Shown here: positions 13,455-28,411 of the stretch, one piece after another
How positions within the stretch are numbered: the stretch's first letter is position 1
Layout of the letters: every line of letters starts with the position of its first letter
Source: Octopus sinensis
Taxonomy: Eukaryota
Direction: 5' to 3'
Assembly (NCBI RefSeq): GCF_006345805.1
Contig: NC_042997.1
Location: 133,052,001 to 133,116,000, forward strand
DNA length: 64,000 nucleotides
Position numbers and translations under genes: made by a program
The notes under the pieces: model-generated
The model's database searches: none
What the model saw: only the letters and a program-made list of their open reading frames with translations
Told to the model about the DNA's origin: nothing

Positions 13455-13536
13455 ATATATATATATATATATCTATATATATATATATATCTATATATAT
13501 ATATATATATAATATAGATATATATATATATATCTA

Positions 13537-13638
<102 letters not shown>

Positions 13639-14252
13639 CACACATACAAACGTACGTATGCGTGCACTTAACTACAAAAGCGTACAAACACGTATATATG
13701 CATACTTATAGACATACATACATTCTCACACACACACGCATATACTCACACACATATATACATGTTAGTCTCATTCACTGGCGTGCAGTAGAGTGGCTAC
13801 CCAGTTGAATTTTAATACCCTGTTCCGTTTGAAAGTAGAAACCGTGGACATTATATATAGTCGGAATGTCGTTCGTTTCAAAGTCAGTCTTTCAGTTTTG
13901 AAAGTTTTCACAAAAAGATTGCAACTTTGGTATTTACAAACTTTTCAAACATATAAATATGTAGCTGATTTATATAAACTAGTTTAGTAGCGTATATAAA
14001 TATTGTAATTATCTCAAAGCCGACTGTCTGTCGGCCGCTGATAGAGATGACAGACGCATTTATAATTTTATGTATCTAAGGTCAGTCGCAGATTATTCCT
14101 CCTCAGGAAACAAAATGGAATTTATATTTAAATATTTAGTATTTCAACATATATATTTATGTAACTTTGCGTGTGATTTTGAAAAAATCGCGTTAATATT
14201 TTAGTATTCTTATCCAGACAGGCACGCGTACACATAAACACACCAGATATAT

Positions 14253-14299
<47 letters not shown>

Positions 14300-14663
14300 T
14301 TATGTTATACATACATACTAACATACAACACACAGACAGACAGACAGACAGACATACCTACATACATACGCGCAGATGTCTATACATATATTTGGAAACA
14401 ATATGTAGGCATGTCCATGTGCGTGTTTGTCTCTGTGTGTGCATGTGTGTGTATGCATACACGTGACTTATGTTCATAACTTTGTGAAGTGCAATTACGA
14501 AATAAAGAGGTATGATATTCGAAGTTTCTTGTATGTGGTTTGCATATACACATATACGCACTTACATATATACGCACATATATACTTATATATATACATA
14601 CATACATATATCTATAAATATTCATATACATGCAGGCTTACTTACATATATGCATATATGCAT

Positions 14664-14702
<39 letters not shown>

Positions 14703-14758
14703 CATGCACACTCATAAATACAATTACACAAATATATATGTGTGTGTGCGCGTGTTTA

Positions 14759-14802
<44 letters not shown>

Positions 14803-16049
14803 TAAATATAGTATAATATATATATGCCTGCATGTATTTGTTTATTTATTTATACATATATATGTATATCGTAGACAGCTCTTTTGAATTAGGAAAATTT
14901 GATCCAATGTAGAAAGCAGGTGAGGCTGGCGAAGCTAGAATTAATTCTGTTCACGTACAGGAATCAGCGTGGATCAGAATTATGAAATGTAACTATTTTT
15001 AATGCATTACTAGATACTTAAGCGTATTTATCCCTGTAGATCTTACGCGAAAAGCACGCAGTAATCCAAATAGTCTAAAGGACTTATTTGGTGTCTATCT
15101 CTGAGGGGGTATAATTAAGCCCAAACACCAGTGTCTGATAGTCTGCTGACGCCATTTGGAAGATAGAATATGTTTTACAGAGAAACACGCTAAGAACGAA
15201 TTAAAAGACAAAATTTCGCAGCGAATAGCATTCACTTTCGAGGGCGTTGTAATAGATAAAAAAATGCAGGCGTCATTATTTTGATCACCGCTGCTTTATA
15301 TGATTATACTGAATACATTCATACATACATACATGCACGCACTCACACACACACAGACACACACACACACGTACACAGACACTCACATGCGCGCGCACGT
15401 ACGCACACATGAAGGCGGTGGGCTGACAGAATCATTATCGGTTGTCAAACGATGTTGGGGAGACAAACACACAAACACACAAACACATATATACATACAT
15501 ATACGACGGGCTTCTTCCAGTTTCCGTCAATTTGTGCCTGACTGAAAAGTTTTTCATCCCACTCCAAGATAAATACGCACTAAACCAAAGACGGAATCTT
15601 TTAAATTCCTACAGACGCGCCACGAATTATAAAATATCGAGTGAAAAGATACAGTATGGGTAACATTGACTTTCGCATCTAAAAATCGACTCCATTTTAT
15701 TATTACATTCGTTTTACATTTTCCCCCTTTCAAAAAATCCTTCGACTGCATACAAACTATATATTTCTATTTTAGTTTTATAATTTTTATTTTCATTATT
15801 TTATTGTAAATATTTCTTTTAAATGCACCTTTTTTTAAACCATATAGTTTTTTTTTAATATTGCAATTCAGCGCATAAAATACCTCTCAACGTTGATTTT
15901 TTAATGCACATCTATAAAAGTGCATCTACAATTGCCCAAAATGTGTTTTGAAGATATCGAATACCCAAAGGAATTTTTTGTAATAATTTGTTTCATTTTA
16001 TATTATAATTTATTAATTATTATTATTATTATTGTTGTTGTTGTTGTTC

Positions 16050-16122
<73 letters not shown>

Positions 16123-16572
16123 TTAATTATTTTACTTTATTGCATTTATCTATCATTATTATTATTATTATCATCATTGTTAGTAAGGTGACGATGCTGG
16201 CAGAACTTTAGCGAGCTGAACAAAATGTTTAGCGATGTTTCGCCAGTTGCTAAGTTACTTATCTAAATTTCTCCGAGGTAAAAATTTTACTGATTTTCAA
16301 ATTCATATTATATTAAATAATATTTTTAGCAATTTAATTTCATTTTGTAATTGATTTTATTTAATCTACACCTCTGAAAATTTTTATTTATTTTTATCCT
16401 ATTTTCATTCTTATATTTATATTCAGTACAACAGACACACAATCTTGAATATATGTGAGCATATATGTATTGTGTGTGTATGTATGTTTATGTATAATTG
16501 TATGTAGATATACATTTGTATATATATGTTTACAAGTATATATGTATACGTGTATACATGTATGTAACTATG

Positions 16573-16616
<44 letters not shown>

Positions 16617-16953
16617 GTGGGTATGTTTATGTGGGTATGTTTATGCAAGTCTATTTATATGTATGCGTATACGGGCTTGACTATACACACATAAGGGTTT
16701 TATATTGATGTGTGTTTTTCCTTCTCAACTAAAAATTAATTTTGATTTCAGGTTTTCTTCGATTTTACACAATACGATATTTAAGCCTTTTAATTTTTAA
16801 TATCATTATATACATCACCGTTTCTTTAAAAAAACACCACTACCTGAGACGACCAATGAAATGAGATCAACTTCAAATGTGTATCTGTCAATGTAAATTG
16901 TATAATATATTTATACATATAACCTTAATTCTTGTCCCATTCTCAATCATAAA

Positions 16954-16989
16954 TGTCCGACGAAAGGGACCATGAAACTGTGAGTAGCA
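16954..16989 (+). ncRNA. decayed hammerhead relic
   Basis: TGT CCGACGA aagggaccat GAAA ctgtgag TA GCA: core and spacing are HHR-like but the stems are eroded. Confidence 0.35.
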
Positions 16990-17124
16990 GTTTTATGCGA
17001 TGCTTTTGTGATGCTTTTCCAGTTTTTATAATAACGCATATTACTCTACCTCCGGTATTCGAGTACTATTTTTCCACTGTTTCATATTTATGTGGTTATT
17101 CTATATATAAATAATATATATATA

Positions 17125-17169
<45 letters not shown>

Positions 17170-17174
<5 letters not shown>

Positions 17175-17332
17175 CTCTCCTTTCTTGTTTTTTTCTGTAT
17201 CCCTTTCTGTAGAAGAGCGTAGGGCTCGAAACGTAACAGACTTTTTCTATTCCTGAGCGTTATACTAATAATCTGTTTGTATTGTACACCACCTGTCTTC
17301 GTCTTTTGTTTTTTTCGTAAACTCTCCCTATA
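17170..17332 (+). mobile_element. PLE pseudo-LTR fragment with minimal HHR variant (17204-17240)
   Basis: CTGTAGA A GAGC gtagg GCTC GAAA CG TA; homologous to 63050-63250; ends at (TA)n. Confidence 0.7.
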
Positions 17333-17345
17333 TATATATATATAG

Positions 17346-17378
<33 letters not shown>

Positions 17379-17404
17379 TATATGTAGAGAGAGAGAGAGG
17401 GGGG

Positions 17405-17559
17405 TTCTTTTAGCTTCTGTCAATCAAATCCAATCGCAAAGCTTTGGTCGGCTCGAGGCTATAGTGGTAGACACTTGCCCAAGGTGCCACACATTGGGAC
17501 TAAACCTGGAACCATGTTGTTGGGAAGCAAGCTTCTTACCACACAGCCATGTCTGTGCC
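17405..17559 (-). mobile_element. SINE family A head half
   Basis: GACACTTGCCCAAGGTGCCAC..CTTACCACACAGCC. Confidence 0.85.
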
Positions 17560-17691
17560 TATATGCATATGTATATATGTTAGTATTTTCCGATATATAT
17601 GCGTTAAAGATTTGCATATATCATTTATCTATATTAGAAGCATGAGCCTGCCCTATGTAATATATCATAGATATATATATATATATAGATA

Positions 17692-17811
<120 letters not shown>

Positions 17812-17818
17812 AGATATG

Positions 17819-17859
17819 TACAACTGTTCCGGGATATTTTATATCCCTTCATCAGAGAC
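17819..17859 (-). ncRNA. type-I hammerhead (A13G variant, 3' strand of stem I lost)
   Basis: Minus strand: GTCT CTGATGA A GGGATAT aaa ATATCCC GGAA CAGTTG T A; 7-bp stem II. Confidence 0.65.
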
Positions 17860-18177
17860 GGTGCGAGAAAATGTTTAAGTAATAGTTATTATAGAGAAGA
17901 TGTGAAATACAGAGTGAAGTGAAAGAATGAAAACAGACGTCTGATAGTTGCAGTTCCATTATTTAAGAAGAATGGTGTATCTAGAAGTTTCATGTACCTT
18001 GTGTGTGAGTTCCAATGGTGTTTATAGTTGGTCATGCCAAGCATGAAGTCTTGTAAACGATGTTATTCGATCGAGGGTTTTTTTGAAGTGACTTAAAAGT
18101 TTGGGATGTGTGCTCATGACTTTGCGTCTGCTTGTTCCGTGGGTGCAAGTAAGTATTTCATTTATTTTTTAACGTAT

Positions 18178-18238
18178 TTACTGCTGATGACGAGAAAATT
18201 CTTTATGAATTAACTCAGAAATCGGACCGATTCGGTAG
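18178..18238 (+). ncRNA. type-I hammerhead ribozyme, homolog of 58871-58931
   Basis: TTACTG CTGATGA cGAG..CTCa GAAA TCGG a CCGA T T CGGTAG; flanks ~18095-18310 align by eye with 58790-58990. Confidence 0.8.
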
Positions 18239-19180
18239 TAACGAAATTTTTCAGAAATTTCTGTCAGCTTACTTTGAGGCATGTGCTTATAGTGATGAAT
18301 TAATTATATGTGGTTATAGACGATTTAAAGTCTATTCTCGGCATATTTGGGATAATGTTTCTTTTCTTTTGCTCTTATTTATAAGTTGTTTATAATTTTC
18401 ACCTTATATATATTATGGAAGAACGTAGGATCGAAAACGTTAAAGACATTTTCAATTCCCGACCGTTATACTAATAAATGTTTATTTTATATTTAGCGTA
18501 AATGTGATTCTTAAGGAATATATTACAAATATAGGTTTTCAGTGGATCTGCATACATATATTATGTATACAATATATTTGAAGTAATTTATACACGCAAA
18601 CATACTAAAACAGAAATTTAAAGCTATTTTATGTATTCATTTGATACTTTAACATGCATTAAATTTTTTAAGAAGTCATTATCTACAATCTTTTTAAACA
18701 ACCGTCTGAAATTGCACCGAATTCTCTTCGCTAAAATCTTTATAACCCTTCTCACAACATTTTGTTACCTGCCAGCCTATTGGCTTTTATATTTATTGTG
18801 GTCTGTACCTCTAGAATATTCCGCTAGTTTTCTACTACAAATAATTATTGTTGTATAAAATTTCCTTTCATTATACTTTTTTACGAATAAAATAGACTCT
18901 GTTACATACACACCGTTAACTTTGAGGAAGCTTTTCCTTTGATGTCTTCTATGAATAGCAGAAAGTGCAGCTTTATTCACTGGTTGAATAAATCGATAGG
19001 CGAAACCTGAAGTCCCAAATGACTCTAATCTTACAAACTGTTTTAACTCGGCTCTCAGTATTCAATAACACAGTCAACAAATATTCCATTTGTTATTCTT
19101 AAAATACCTTGAAAATTATAACTTTACGTAATACACACACACACACCACACCACACACACCATACATATATATACCATAC

Positions 19181-19227
<47 letters not shown>

Positions 19228-19235
<8 letters not shown>

Positions 19236-19425
19236 ATCCAAACAAGAAAACACAGAAAAAAAGAGAAAAAAACAGCAACGCGAGAACGTGGAACAATTAA
19301 AGTATTATTGACGCTCAGAAAAGAAGGGAAGGGGGTTTTAACGTTTCGAGCGGAGCTCTTCGTCGGAAACAAGGAGAAGGAAAGATCCCAAGAAGGGAAG
19401 GACAGAGGAAAAAATATTTTTTTTG
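19228..19425 (-). mobile_element. PLE pseudo-LTR fragment with minimal HHR (19337-19369, U4C)
   Basis: Minus strand: TTT CCGACGA A GAGC tcc GCTC GAAA CG T T AAA; same 3' terminus (TTTGGATTAACT) as the 55488 copy; abuts (TA)n. Confidence 0.75.
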
Positions 19426-19434
19426 CTGGTGGTG

Positions 19435-19491
<57 letters not shown>

Positions 19492-19538
19492 AATATGCGC
19501 GCACGTGTGTGTGTGTGTGTACGTGTATGTGTTTACAG

Positions 19539-19678
19539 ACGGGGTTGTGTGATAAGAAGCAAGCTTCCCAACCCGTTGACTCCGGGTTCAACCTCGCTAC
19601 ACGGCATCTTGCAAGTCCTCTTACTATAAGCCTCGGGCTGACCAAAGACTTAGTGGATTAGTAGACGGAAATTAAAAG
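19539..19678 (+). mobile_element. SINE family A head half
   Basis: GTTGTGTGATAAGAAGC..CCGGGTTCAACC..AGCCTCGGGCTGACCAAAG. Confidence 0.75.
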
Positions 19679-19715
19679 TGGTGTATATGTGTGTGTATGT
19701 ATATATATATATTAT

Positions 19716-19786
<71 letters not shown>

Positions 19787-19939
19787 GTCAGAATTTTGGA
19801 AAAAGTCATTTTATTTTCTTCATTATTAGCACTTTCGTTCTTCTCTAGAACTTGTCAAGTACAAAGGATTTTTTCCAAAATTTTGTCGACGTTTTTCCTC
19901 AATATTCCATTCTGTATATCACACCTAACACTGTATACA

Positions 19940-19980
<41 letters not shown>

Positions 19981-20029
19981 GAATATATATATATATATAT
20001 ACTATATATATATATATATATATATGCAT

Positions 20030-20210
20030 ATGTGTGTTTGTGTCTCGTAACGCAGCGGTTCGGCAAAAGACACGATAGAATAAGTACTAGGCTTATAAAC
20101 AAATAAATACTGTGGTCGATACATTCGGCCGAAAATTCTTCAAGGCGGTGCCCCTGTCAAATGACTGAAAGAAGTAAAAGATAAAAGATATTAGAGAGAA
20201 TGACACAAGA
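20030..20210 (+). mobile_element. SINE family A 3' half
   Basis: GCGGTTCGGCAAAAGA..GATAGAATAAGTACT..AAATGACTGAAA. Confidence 0.8.
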
Positions 20211-21234
20211 TGCATTTTATCGCATTTCCTTTCTACGTATGTTTCACCACTGTGGTTATTTGCATTGAGTGTTCCAAGTGAAACTGGATGCGGAACCACA
20301 ACAGTTCTTCACAGAAAGACCTTATTGCATTGTGTTTATATAGATAAAATGCTTTTGATCAGAAGCATTTAATTCGTATAAACATGTGCAATTGTGTTCT
20401 TCAAAAATCTGTAGCACAGAGGAGGCAATAATCAGAATGCTTAGTAAGCAAATGATATAAATTGCATCTTATGTTTAACATACCTTTCCTACAGTTCCTC
20501 CATACATCATTACGTGTATCTTCTTCACTAGAAAGAGAATAGAGGATACACCCCATTATTTCTATACTTCCCAGTAGCAATCATACATCTCTTTGTACCC
20601 CAAGAAAATAGATATCATACACACACACACACACACTTATATATCTGTGTGTGTGTGTTTTTTTGTGTACATCAAAAGCAAAGAAAGGATCTGTTTACGT
20701 TCTTTTTTTCTCCCACAGCAAATCTTTGTAATAATTTGTTTCATTTCTTCTGATCTACGTATGGATGATGTGCCTCTGCATGTGAGCTTGGAAGCATGCG
20801 TTTGTATATATTCATATCAATGTATATAGGGAAAATTAAGATAAACACAAATAGAAAGTATATGAGCTCATGCGTACGTTTCATCATTGCAGTTATGTGG
20901 AACTCAACACTGGAGGTTACAAATATATATGCGTTACGGTTACCTCAACGGAGGAACAGTTTATTGCATTCTGTTACAGAGATTTAATATCTGGAATCAG
21001 ACACTGACAAAGTAATTTAGAAGTATTTAGAGAAGGAAGGAGAAAGAAGGCAAATGGCGGAGAAGAAAAGAATAAGGAAGAAAGAAAAGACTGAAATAGA
21101 AGTAAACTGAATAAAAAGTACTGCGAGTCAGAGAAGACATGAAAACAATAGCAGCAGAGAGGTGATTCGACACTCGTCATAACCCAGGAACTACCGAACT
21201 GCTACTGGATGCAGTATAAAGTCATATCCAGCAA

Positions 21235-21447
21235 AGAAGAAGAAAAAAAAAAAAAAAAGAAGAAGAAGAAGAAGAAGAAGAAGAAGAAGAAGAAGAAGAA
21301 GAACAGCAACAACAGTAACAACGGCAACAACAACAACAACAACAATAGCAGCAACAGCAACAATAACGACAACAGAAGTAGCAGTAGCAACAACAGCAGT
21401 AGCAACAATAATACATACATACATACATACATACATACATACATACA

Positions 21448-21480
<33 letters not shown>
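21235..21480. repeat. compound (AAG)n/(AAC,AGC)n/(TACA)n microsatellite
   Basis: Visible runs. Confidence 0.95.
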
Positions 21481-21481
<1 letters not shown>

Positions 21482-22189
21482 CATGCATGCATTCACGCAT
21501 GCAACAAACACACACACATTATAAACAAAGCAACCAATTGTTTCATGCTGAAAAACTCTTGCCAATTTTCAAGTGACCCACTTCAAAATGTTGGTAATCT
21601 ACTCCATTTCGGATGAGAATACACGAGATTACGCGAGAGATTGTGGAGATCTTTTGCACATGAAACCACCTGCTGCCTTCTTTAATCCCCAAAACAAAGA
21701 ACACTTATCCAACATATGCAGCGATTAGCCATCAGTCTCACGGCTTTATCTAACTTAGTACGTTACATGATCTATATATCTTAAAAATGAACGAGTTACC
21801 TTACATTTTTCCAGTTACTTTCTGACTGCTTTCATCCAATAACTCACAAACACACACCCACACACTCACACACATAAATATGTAAGGCCATTTCTTCTAT
21901 TGATAAGTAATATTATCTCATATGCTGCACACAGACAGTAAATAATAAAGTATCATATTTCACAGTCGTTCATGCTCTTTATGCTCTTCTACTTCATGGT
22001 TTATGTCTTTTTTTTCTGCTATTATATAGGAACGTTTTGGTTATGTTCATTTTATTTGCCGACATGTTCAGTTATCCTTTCGTTCTTATATGGTTTTGTT
22101 TGTGGTTTTGTCGTTGTCTACAATATGTCGACAATAACTTACATATTAAGAAGTTAGAAGCATTAACAGAGCATAGCAATTGTCTGCTT

Positions 22190-22194
<5 letters not shown>

Positions 22195-22232
<38 letters not shown>

Positions 22233-22239
22233 ACACACC

Positions 22240-22297
<58 letters not shown>

Positions 22298-22414
22298 TGT
22301 ATATATATATGTATGCATGTATGCATATATATATGTATATATGTATGTGTATATATATATATATATGCATATATATGTATATATATATATATATGTATAC
22401 ACACACATATATAG

Positions 22415-22468
<54 letters not shown>

Positions 22469-22890
22469 ATATAGATACACACATATATATACATACATGC
22501 ATATATATTATATACATATATGCATATATATATATATGTATATATGCATATATGTATATAATATATATGCATGTATGTATATATATATTTTGTATTTATA
22601 TATACATACATATATATATGTATATCTATATATGTGTGTGTATACATATATATATACATACATATATATGCATATATATATATATATACACATACGTACA
22701 TATATACATACATACATATGTATATACATATATACACACACATATGTATACATACATATGTATATACATATATACACACACACATATATATACATATATA
22801 CATGTATATATGTATATATATATATAAATATATATACATCCATATACATATATATATATTATATACATATATATATATATATACACTAAA

Positions 22891-22928
<38 letters not shown>

Positions 22929-22930
22929 GC
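22195..22930. repeat. long (CA)n/(TA)n/(TATG)n compound microsatellite
   Basis: Visible runs; source of the 215-312 aa spurious ORFs. Confidence 0.95.
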
Positions 22931-23406
22931 AAACATACATATTTGTGTATGAATATTAATATATTGCTTGTAAGTGGTAACGATATATTATGATGCACAA
23001 AGAAGAGCAAATATATCTTATGTTGTTGCCTTGTTTAAGTTGACTACTTTTCTATTACTTACTTCAAGTTTCCTGATAGACGACAAACACATGACAGCGC
23101 ATGAACTTATGCAGCTTCTCCAATATTTTAGTAGCGGTATAAGTAGTCAAATTAAACGCCAATATCACTTACCTAACTATCCATGGTGAAGATGATGATG
23201 ATGATGATGATGTTGATGATGATGATGATGATGATCGTAGTGGCGTGTAATTCTAGTCGCAAGACAAACTCTTAGCTTCCGTTTTAGCAGAATATATATA
23301 TATATATATATGTGTATAAGACGCTCTTGAAATCAACAGAGTACACTTCATGAAGTCGTATTAGAAGTATAGTTCTCAAAAGTGAATAAGCATATATGTT
23401 TATCAC

Positions 23407-23408
<2 letters not shown>

Positions 23409-23449
<41 letters not shown>

Positions 23450-23497
23450 ATTATTATTAATATTATTATTATTAATTTTATTATTATTATGATTATT

Positions 23498-23541
<44 letters not shown>

Positions 23542-23748
23542 CATTATTAATTTTATTATTATTATTATTATTATTATAATTATCATTATTAATTTATTAT
23601 TATTATTATATTGTTGTTGTTGTTTTTATTATTACTATTATTATTATTACTATTATTGTTATTATTATTATTACAAACATCATCATCATTCTTCTTTTTC
23701 TTTTTCTTCTTCTTCTTCTTCTTCTTTTTCTTCTTCTTCTTCTTCTTA

Positions 23749-23785
<37 letters not shown>

Positions 23786-23860
23786 CATTATTAATTTTAT
23801 TATTATTATTATTATTATTATAATTATCATTATTAATTTATTATTATTATTATTATTATT
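23409..23860. repeat. (ATT)n/(TTC)n trinucleotide tract
   Basis: Visible runs. Confidence 0.95.
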
Positions 23861-23861
23861 G

Positions 23862-24200
23862 CTTTTGCACAACTTCTAACGCTGGAGAGGTACTACGCTG
23901 TCAGCTGTTCATAACCAGTGAACTAACGTAACACCTCTTATTTTCGAGTACCTTCCGGAGTATACGAGCGGTTCCAAGCAGTGCTGTTTTCTGCAATTAT
24001 TCCACCTTTATTGCAGCCCCTATTTGTTCCGTGTACTTCTCGAGATTTTTTCTCACTGTTCCCAGGGCTCCGGCAATTATTGGTACTACCACCACCTTTT
24101 CCATCGACCACAACTGCTTAATCTCCCAAGCTAACCTGTCATATCTATCAACATTTAGATCGTCTATATGTCTCTAAACTACCACTGCTCTTTTTCCTTA
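23862..24200 (-). mobile_element. 3' end of REL-endonuclease (R4/Dong-like) LINE
   Basis: Minus translation WEIKQLWSMEKVVVVPIIAGALG..LQKTALLGTARILRKVL followed by an (AAT)n tail. Confidence 0.8.
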
Positions 24201-24203
24201 TTA

Positions 24204-24252
<49 letters not shown>

Positions 24253-24253
24253 T

Positions 24254-24816
24254 GAGTGAGGGAGCAGTCAGGCCATCAAAGTGACACTGGGGTAAAATAT
24301 ACGAAGCCCAATATACCCATCATGACTACCTGTCTGATAAGGGTACACCAGGCACATGCATCACAACCATATGTGCGCGACATGGTGATGTCATATCAAG
24401 ATAAACAGCACATGACCTTGCAGTTGGGGCCCAGTTAGAATTTTCTTCAGGTTGAGTAGCCCTTCCCGCTCAAAATGTCCCTGAATAAGGGTTATTTAAG
24501 GATGTTGAAAGAACCACCCATGTTTCCAAAGGTGAATTATTCAAACCTCAAAGAATCCCTCTCAACACATGGCTATGATGCTCCCCCACTACTTCTGCTC
24601 GTGATCAGAGATGCACATATCGTCAGCCACTAAGGGACATGCTCAACTGGTTAAAGTCAAACAACTGACAACTGACAAGCAAATCTATGGTATTGAGCAG
24701 AATATTTACTGTAGCCCATCTTTTATACCAAGACAAAACAATGTACATGATAACACTTCCAATCAGTTAAGATCAGAACCCTGAGAGCCACTGCCTGGTA
24801 CTGCATCAGGGCATTT
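24254..24816 (-). mobile_element. ~560-bp non-coding retroposon with (AAT)n tail
   Basis: 24254-24490 is homologous to 26629-26860; bounded by ATT repeats. Confidence 0.7.
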
Positions 24817-24856
24817 ATTATTATTATTATTATTATCATTATTATTATTATTATTA

Positions 24857-24896
<40 letters not shown>

Positions 24897-24989
24897 TAGT
24901 TTTACTTTTACTGCGTGCTTTCACTTCACAGAGCGATCTATTTCACTTACTCCGGCTAATAGTGCAAAGAACGGACAATAATCTGTTAT

Positions 24990-25480
24990 CAAGGATCTCA
25001 CAGGGATTGACTTTCTTTTCCACAATACTTAACACTCGAGTAGCAATCTCAAACTCTTAGCTGTCCTCAATAAAGCAGTTTCCTGAGCATGTTCTACTGT
25101 CATGTCAACACATTTCTCCCACAAATTTCTCAAATCTAATTGTTAACGCTCCCAGTACCACAACAAGTATTCGGATGACGGGTACTCTTTTCACATTGCC
25201 CGCGTTTGTGGAATCTCATCTTTTATTGGGTTTTATAATTCTTTGTCACCCACTGTTACATCTCCAGGTATGGTAATATCTTTGATCTTCGTCTCCTTCA
25301 TCATTTTCTCAACTACAACAATGGTCTCCAAGAATCAACCACTGAATTGTACTGCATTGTAAAATCTCACAGGATCTTATATTCATTATTCTCGGTGACA
25401 CCTCCTGGTTTATGCTCATACGTTTTCTATGTCCTTTCAAGACTGTACTGCTCGCACAATTTCCCTTGAAAACACTTAGC
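24990..25480 (-). pseudogene. REL-LINE C-terminal relic
   Basis: Minus fragments YEHKPGGVTENNEYKIL*DF, DITIPGD and QETALLRTAK. Confidence 0.7.
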
Positions 25481-25549
25481 TACGTATTCATGCTTCCTTC
25501 GTAATCTTTTCTTATCATGTATTCCTTTTGAGATAATTTGCTACACCCA

Positions 25550-26384
<835 letters not shown>

Positions 26385-26397
26385 AATTATGCTTATT

Positions 26398-26618
26398 CAA
26401 GGTAGCGAGCTGGCAGAATCGTTAGCACGCTGGACGAAATACTTAGCGGTATTTCGCCCGACGCTACGTTCTGAGCTCAAAATTCCGCCGAAGTCGACAT
26501 TACCATTCATCATTTGGGGGGGGGGTCCATAAATTAAGTACCAGTGAAACACTGCGATCGATGTAATCGAGTTACCCCTCCCCAACAATGGCTGCCCTTG
26601 TGGAAAAATTTGAAACCA
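26398..26618 (+). mobile_element. SINE family B
   Basis: GCGAGCTGGCAGAATCGTTAGCACG..AATTCCGCCGAAGTCGAC..AATTAAGTACCAG. Confidence 0.85.
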
Positions 26619-26628
26619 TTATTATTAT

Positions 26629-27720
26629 TGAGTGAGAGAGTAGTGCATGCCATCAAAATGACACGGGTAAAATATACGAAGCCCAGTAAACCTATCATGA
26701 CTACCCGTCTGATAAGGGTACACCAGGCACATGCATCACAATCTTTTGTGCCCAATATGATGATCTCATATCAAGATAAGCAGCCCATAATCTTGCAGAT
26801 GGGGTCCAGTTAAAATTTTCTTCAGGTTGAGTACCTCATCCCGCTCAAAAGGATCCTGAATAAAGGCTTCCTCTTCTGGTTTTTACATAGTTTCCACAGA
26901 TTAGCTCATTCAATATTGAAATTTCACTTCGCGATATTTCAATCTCTTTTTCAATTTTTCTCTTCTTGTTTAGAATTCTTCTCAGGTTTTTCAGCGGCAT
27001 AAAACTGGTTTCAATTGTCTTAGCAACTGCGTAAGTAATTTCCTTTAATTCGGTGAGATCTGGTTTTAGTTCTTGTATAATTCCCTTTGTTACATAGTTT
27101 CCAATTTGAATTTGTTTTCTATTTTGGATTGTATTTGAGAACTTATGAAGTGGTTCTCTATCATGCATATTAGCGTGTCTTACAACTGCAAGCATATTCA
27201 GGATTTTTCTGCTTCAGTTCTATCATAAATTCTATATATTCTTCAGAAAAATGTGTAGTCTTCAAACATTGTTTCTTTCCTCGTTATCTTTATCAGGATC
27301 ATTACAATTTATTTCTCCAGACGTTTGCGTGTTCTGGCAGTCTTTCAGCTGAAACTCGTGGAGAGTTGCTCTCTTTGTCTGGTACTTCATTCCCTTTCTG
27401 TCTTATATTCAGGTCATTTTCCGCTGCGTGCTTGATCGCAGGTATTTCACTATCTGTGAGTATTTTTTCTGAATATATCCCTCCTAAGATTTGCTAACTT
27501 GTTTTCATTCATTTATAGTCTGCTGTCTTGATCTTGTGTTCTCTATATTTGATACAAGTGTGCGGTATGTTTCTCCTCAGATTGCCTGCCTAATGCATAG
27601 TAATAGGCGTATACTTCTTTTGTATACTCTTCTTGAGTTCATTTGATCATCTTACATTTCTGTTTCTATGGATGAGTGTGGTGGAGGATTGAAAGGGTCG
27701 AGTTGGGGCAGTTCCCGTTC
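26629..27720 (-). mobile_element. internally deleted REL-LINE-like derivative: N-terminal ORF relic joined to the 24254-type 3' segment
   Basis: ORF 26845-27195 (ELKEITYAVA..KIEKEIEISRSEISILNE) resembles R4/Dong N-termini and runs into the 24254-family sequence and (AAT)n. Confidence 0.55.
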
Positions 27721-28411
27721 AAGTGACTATCCAGGTTCGTATTCAGAGAAGAGTTTGTGCCAGAGATGACTTTTCGACCCTAGGCTGGCTCTCCCCTGGG
27801 GGATGCGCTTCCAGATTAACCTCAGGACAAGCGATTTGGTGTACTGTTCCAGATTTCCTTTTTGTTTCGTTATACATATTTCTGCTACATGAAAATTATT
27901 AGTATTTAACCCTGTACTGTGGCAGATGTGGAGACGGTTGTTGTCTCTGCGACTAATGTCGACTCCGCCATTTATATCGTTACACTTATTTTAACCTTGC
28001 CCATCATTAGACACAAAAACACATTTAATTTGCGAATACACCGTATATCCATCCTACTGTTTCCTGAACTTTGGTAGGCAACACTTTTTTGTTTTTGAAT
28101 TTTCCCTCATTTCTCTATGGCATTATAGACATTTTCCATTTGTTTCCGACCGGACACATAGATTTAACGACACCTGTTATAGAGATATGAGCGTAATCCT
28201 GGTTTTACTTTTAGACTTTCTTGCCAGCGGAGGAACAGCTGACTTTTCAACCAAAAAACAAGATTATTTCATTGGAATTTAGACAACATCAAACAATGTA
28301 TGCATACAAGTGCACAAATGTAGGCAAATACAATAAATGTGCACATAGTTGCAAGAATGGATGTAATTGCATATGCATGTCTAATATACTGAATTTCTTG
28401 AATATTATAAC

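Noticed and set aside
20719-20781. 63-nt candidate exon (strong TTTTTCTCCCACAG acceptor, CAT|GTGAGC donor)
   Set aside because: The peptide is unrecognisable and there are no supporting neighbouring exons; such sites occur by chance.
24325-24365. CTGATAAGGGTACACCAGGCACATG as a decayed HHR resembling 62836
   Set aside because: It lacks GAAA and stem I; the similarity is too weak.
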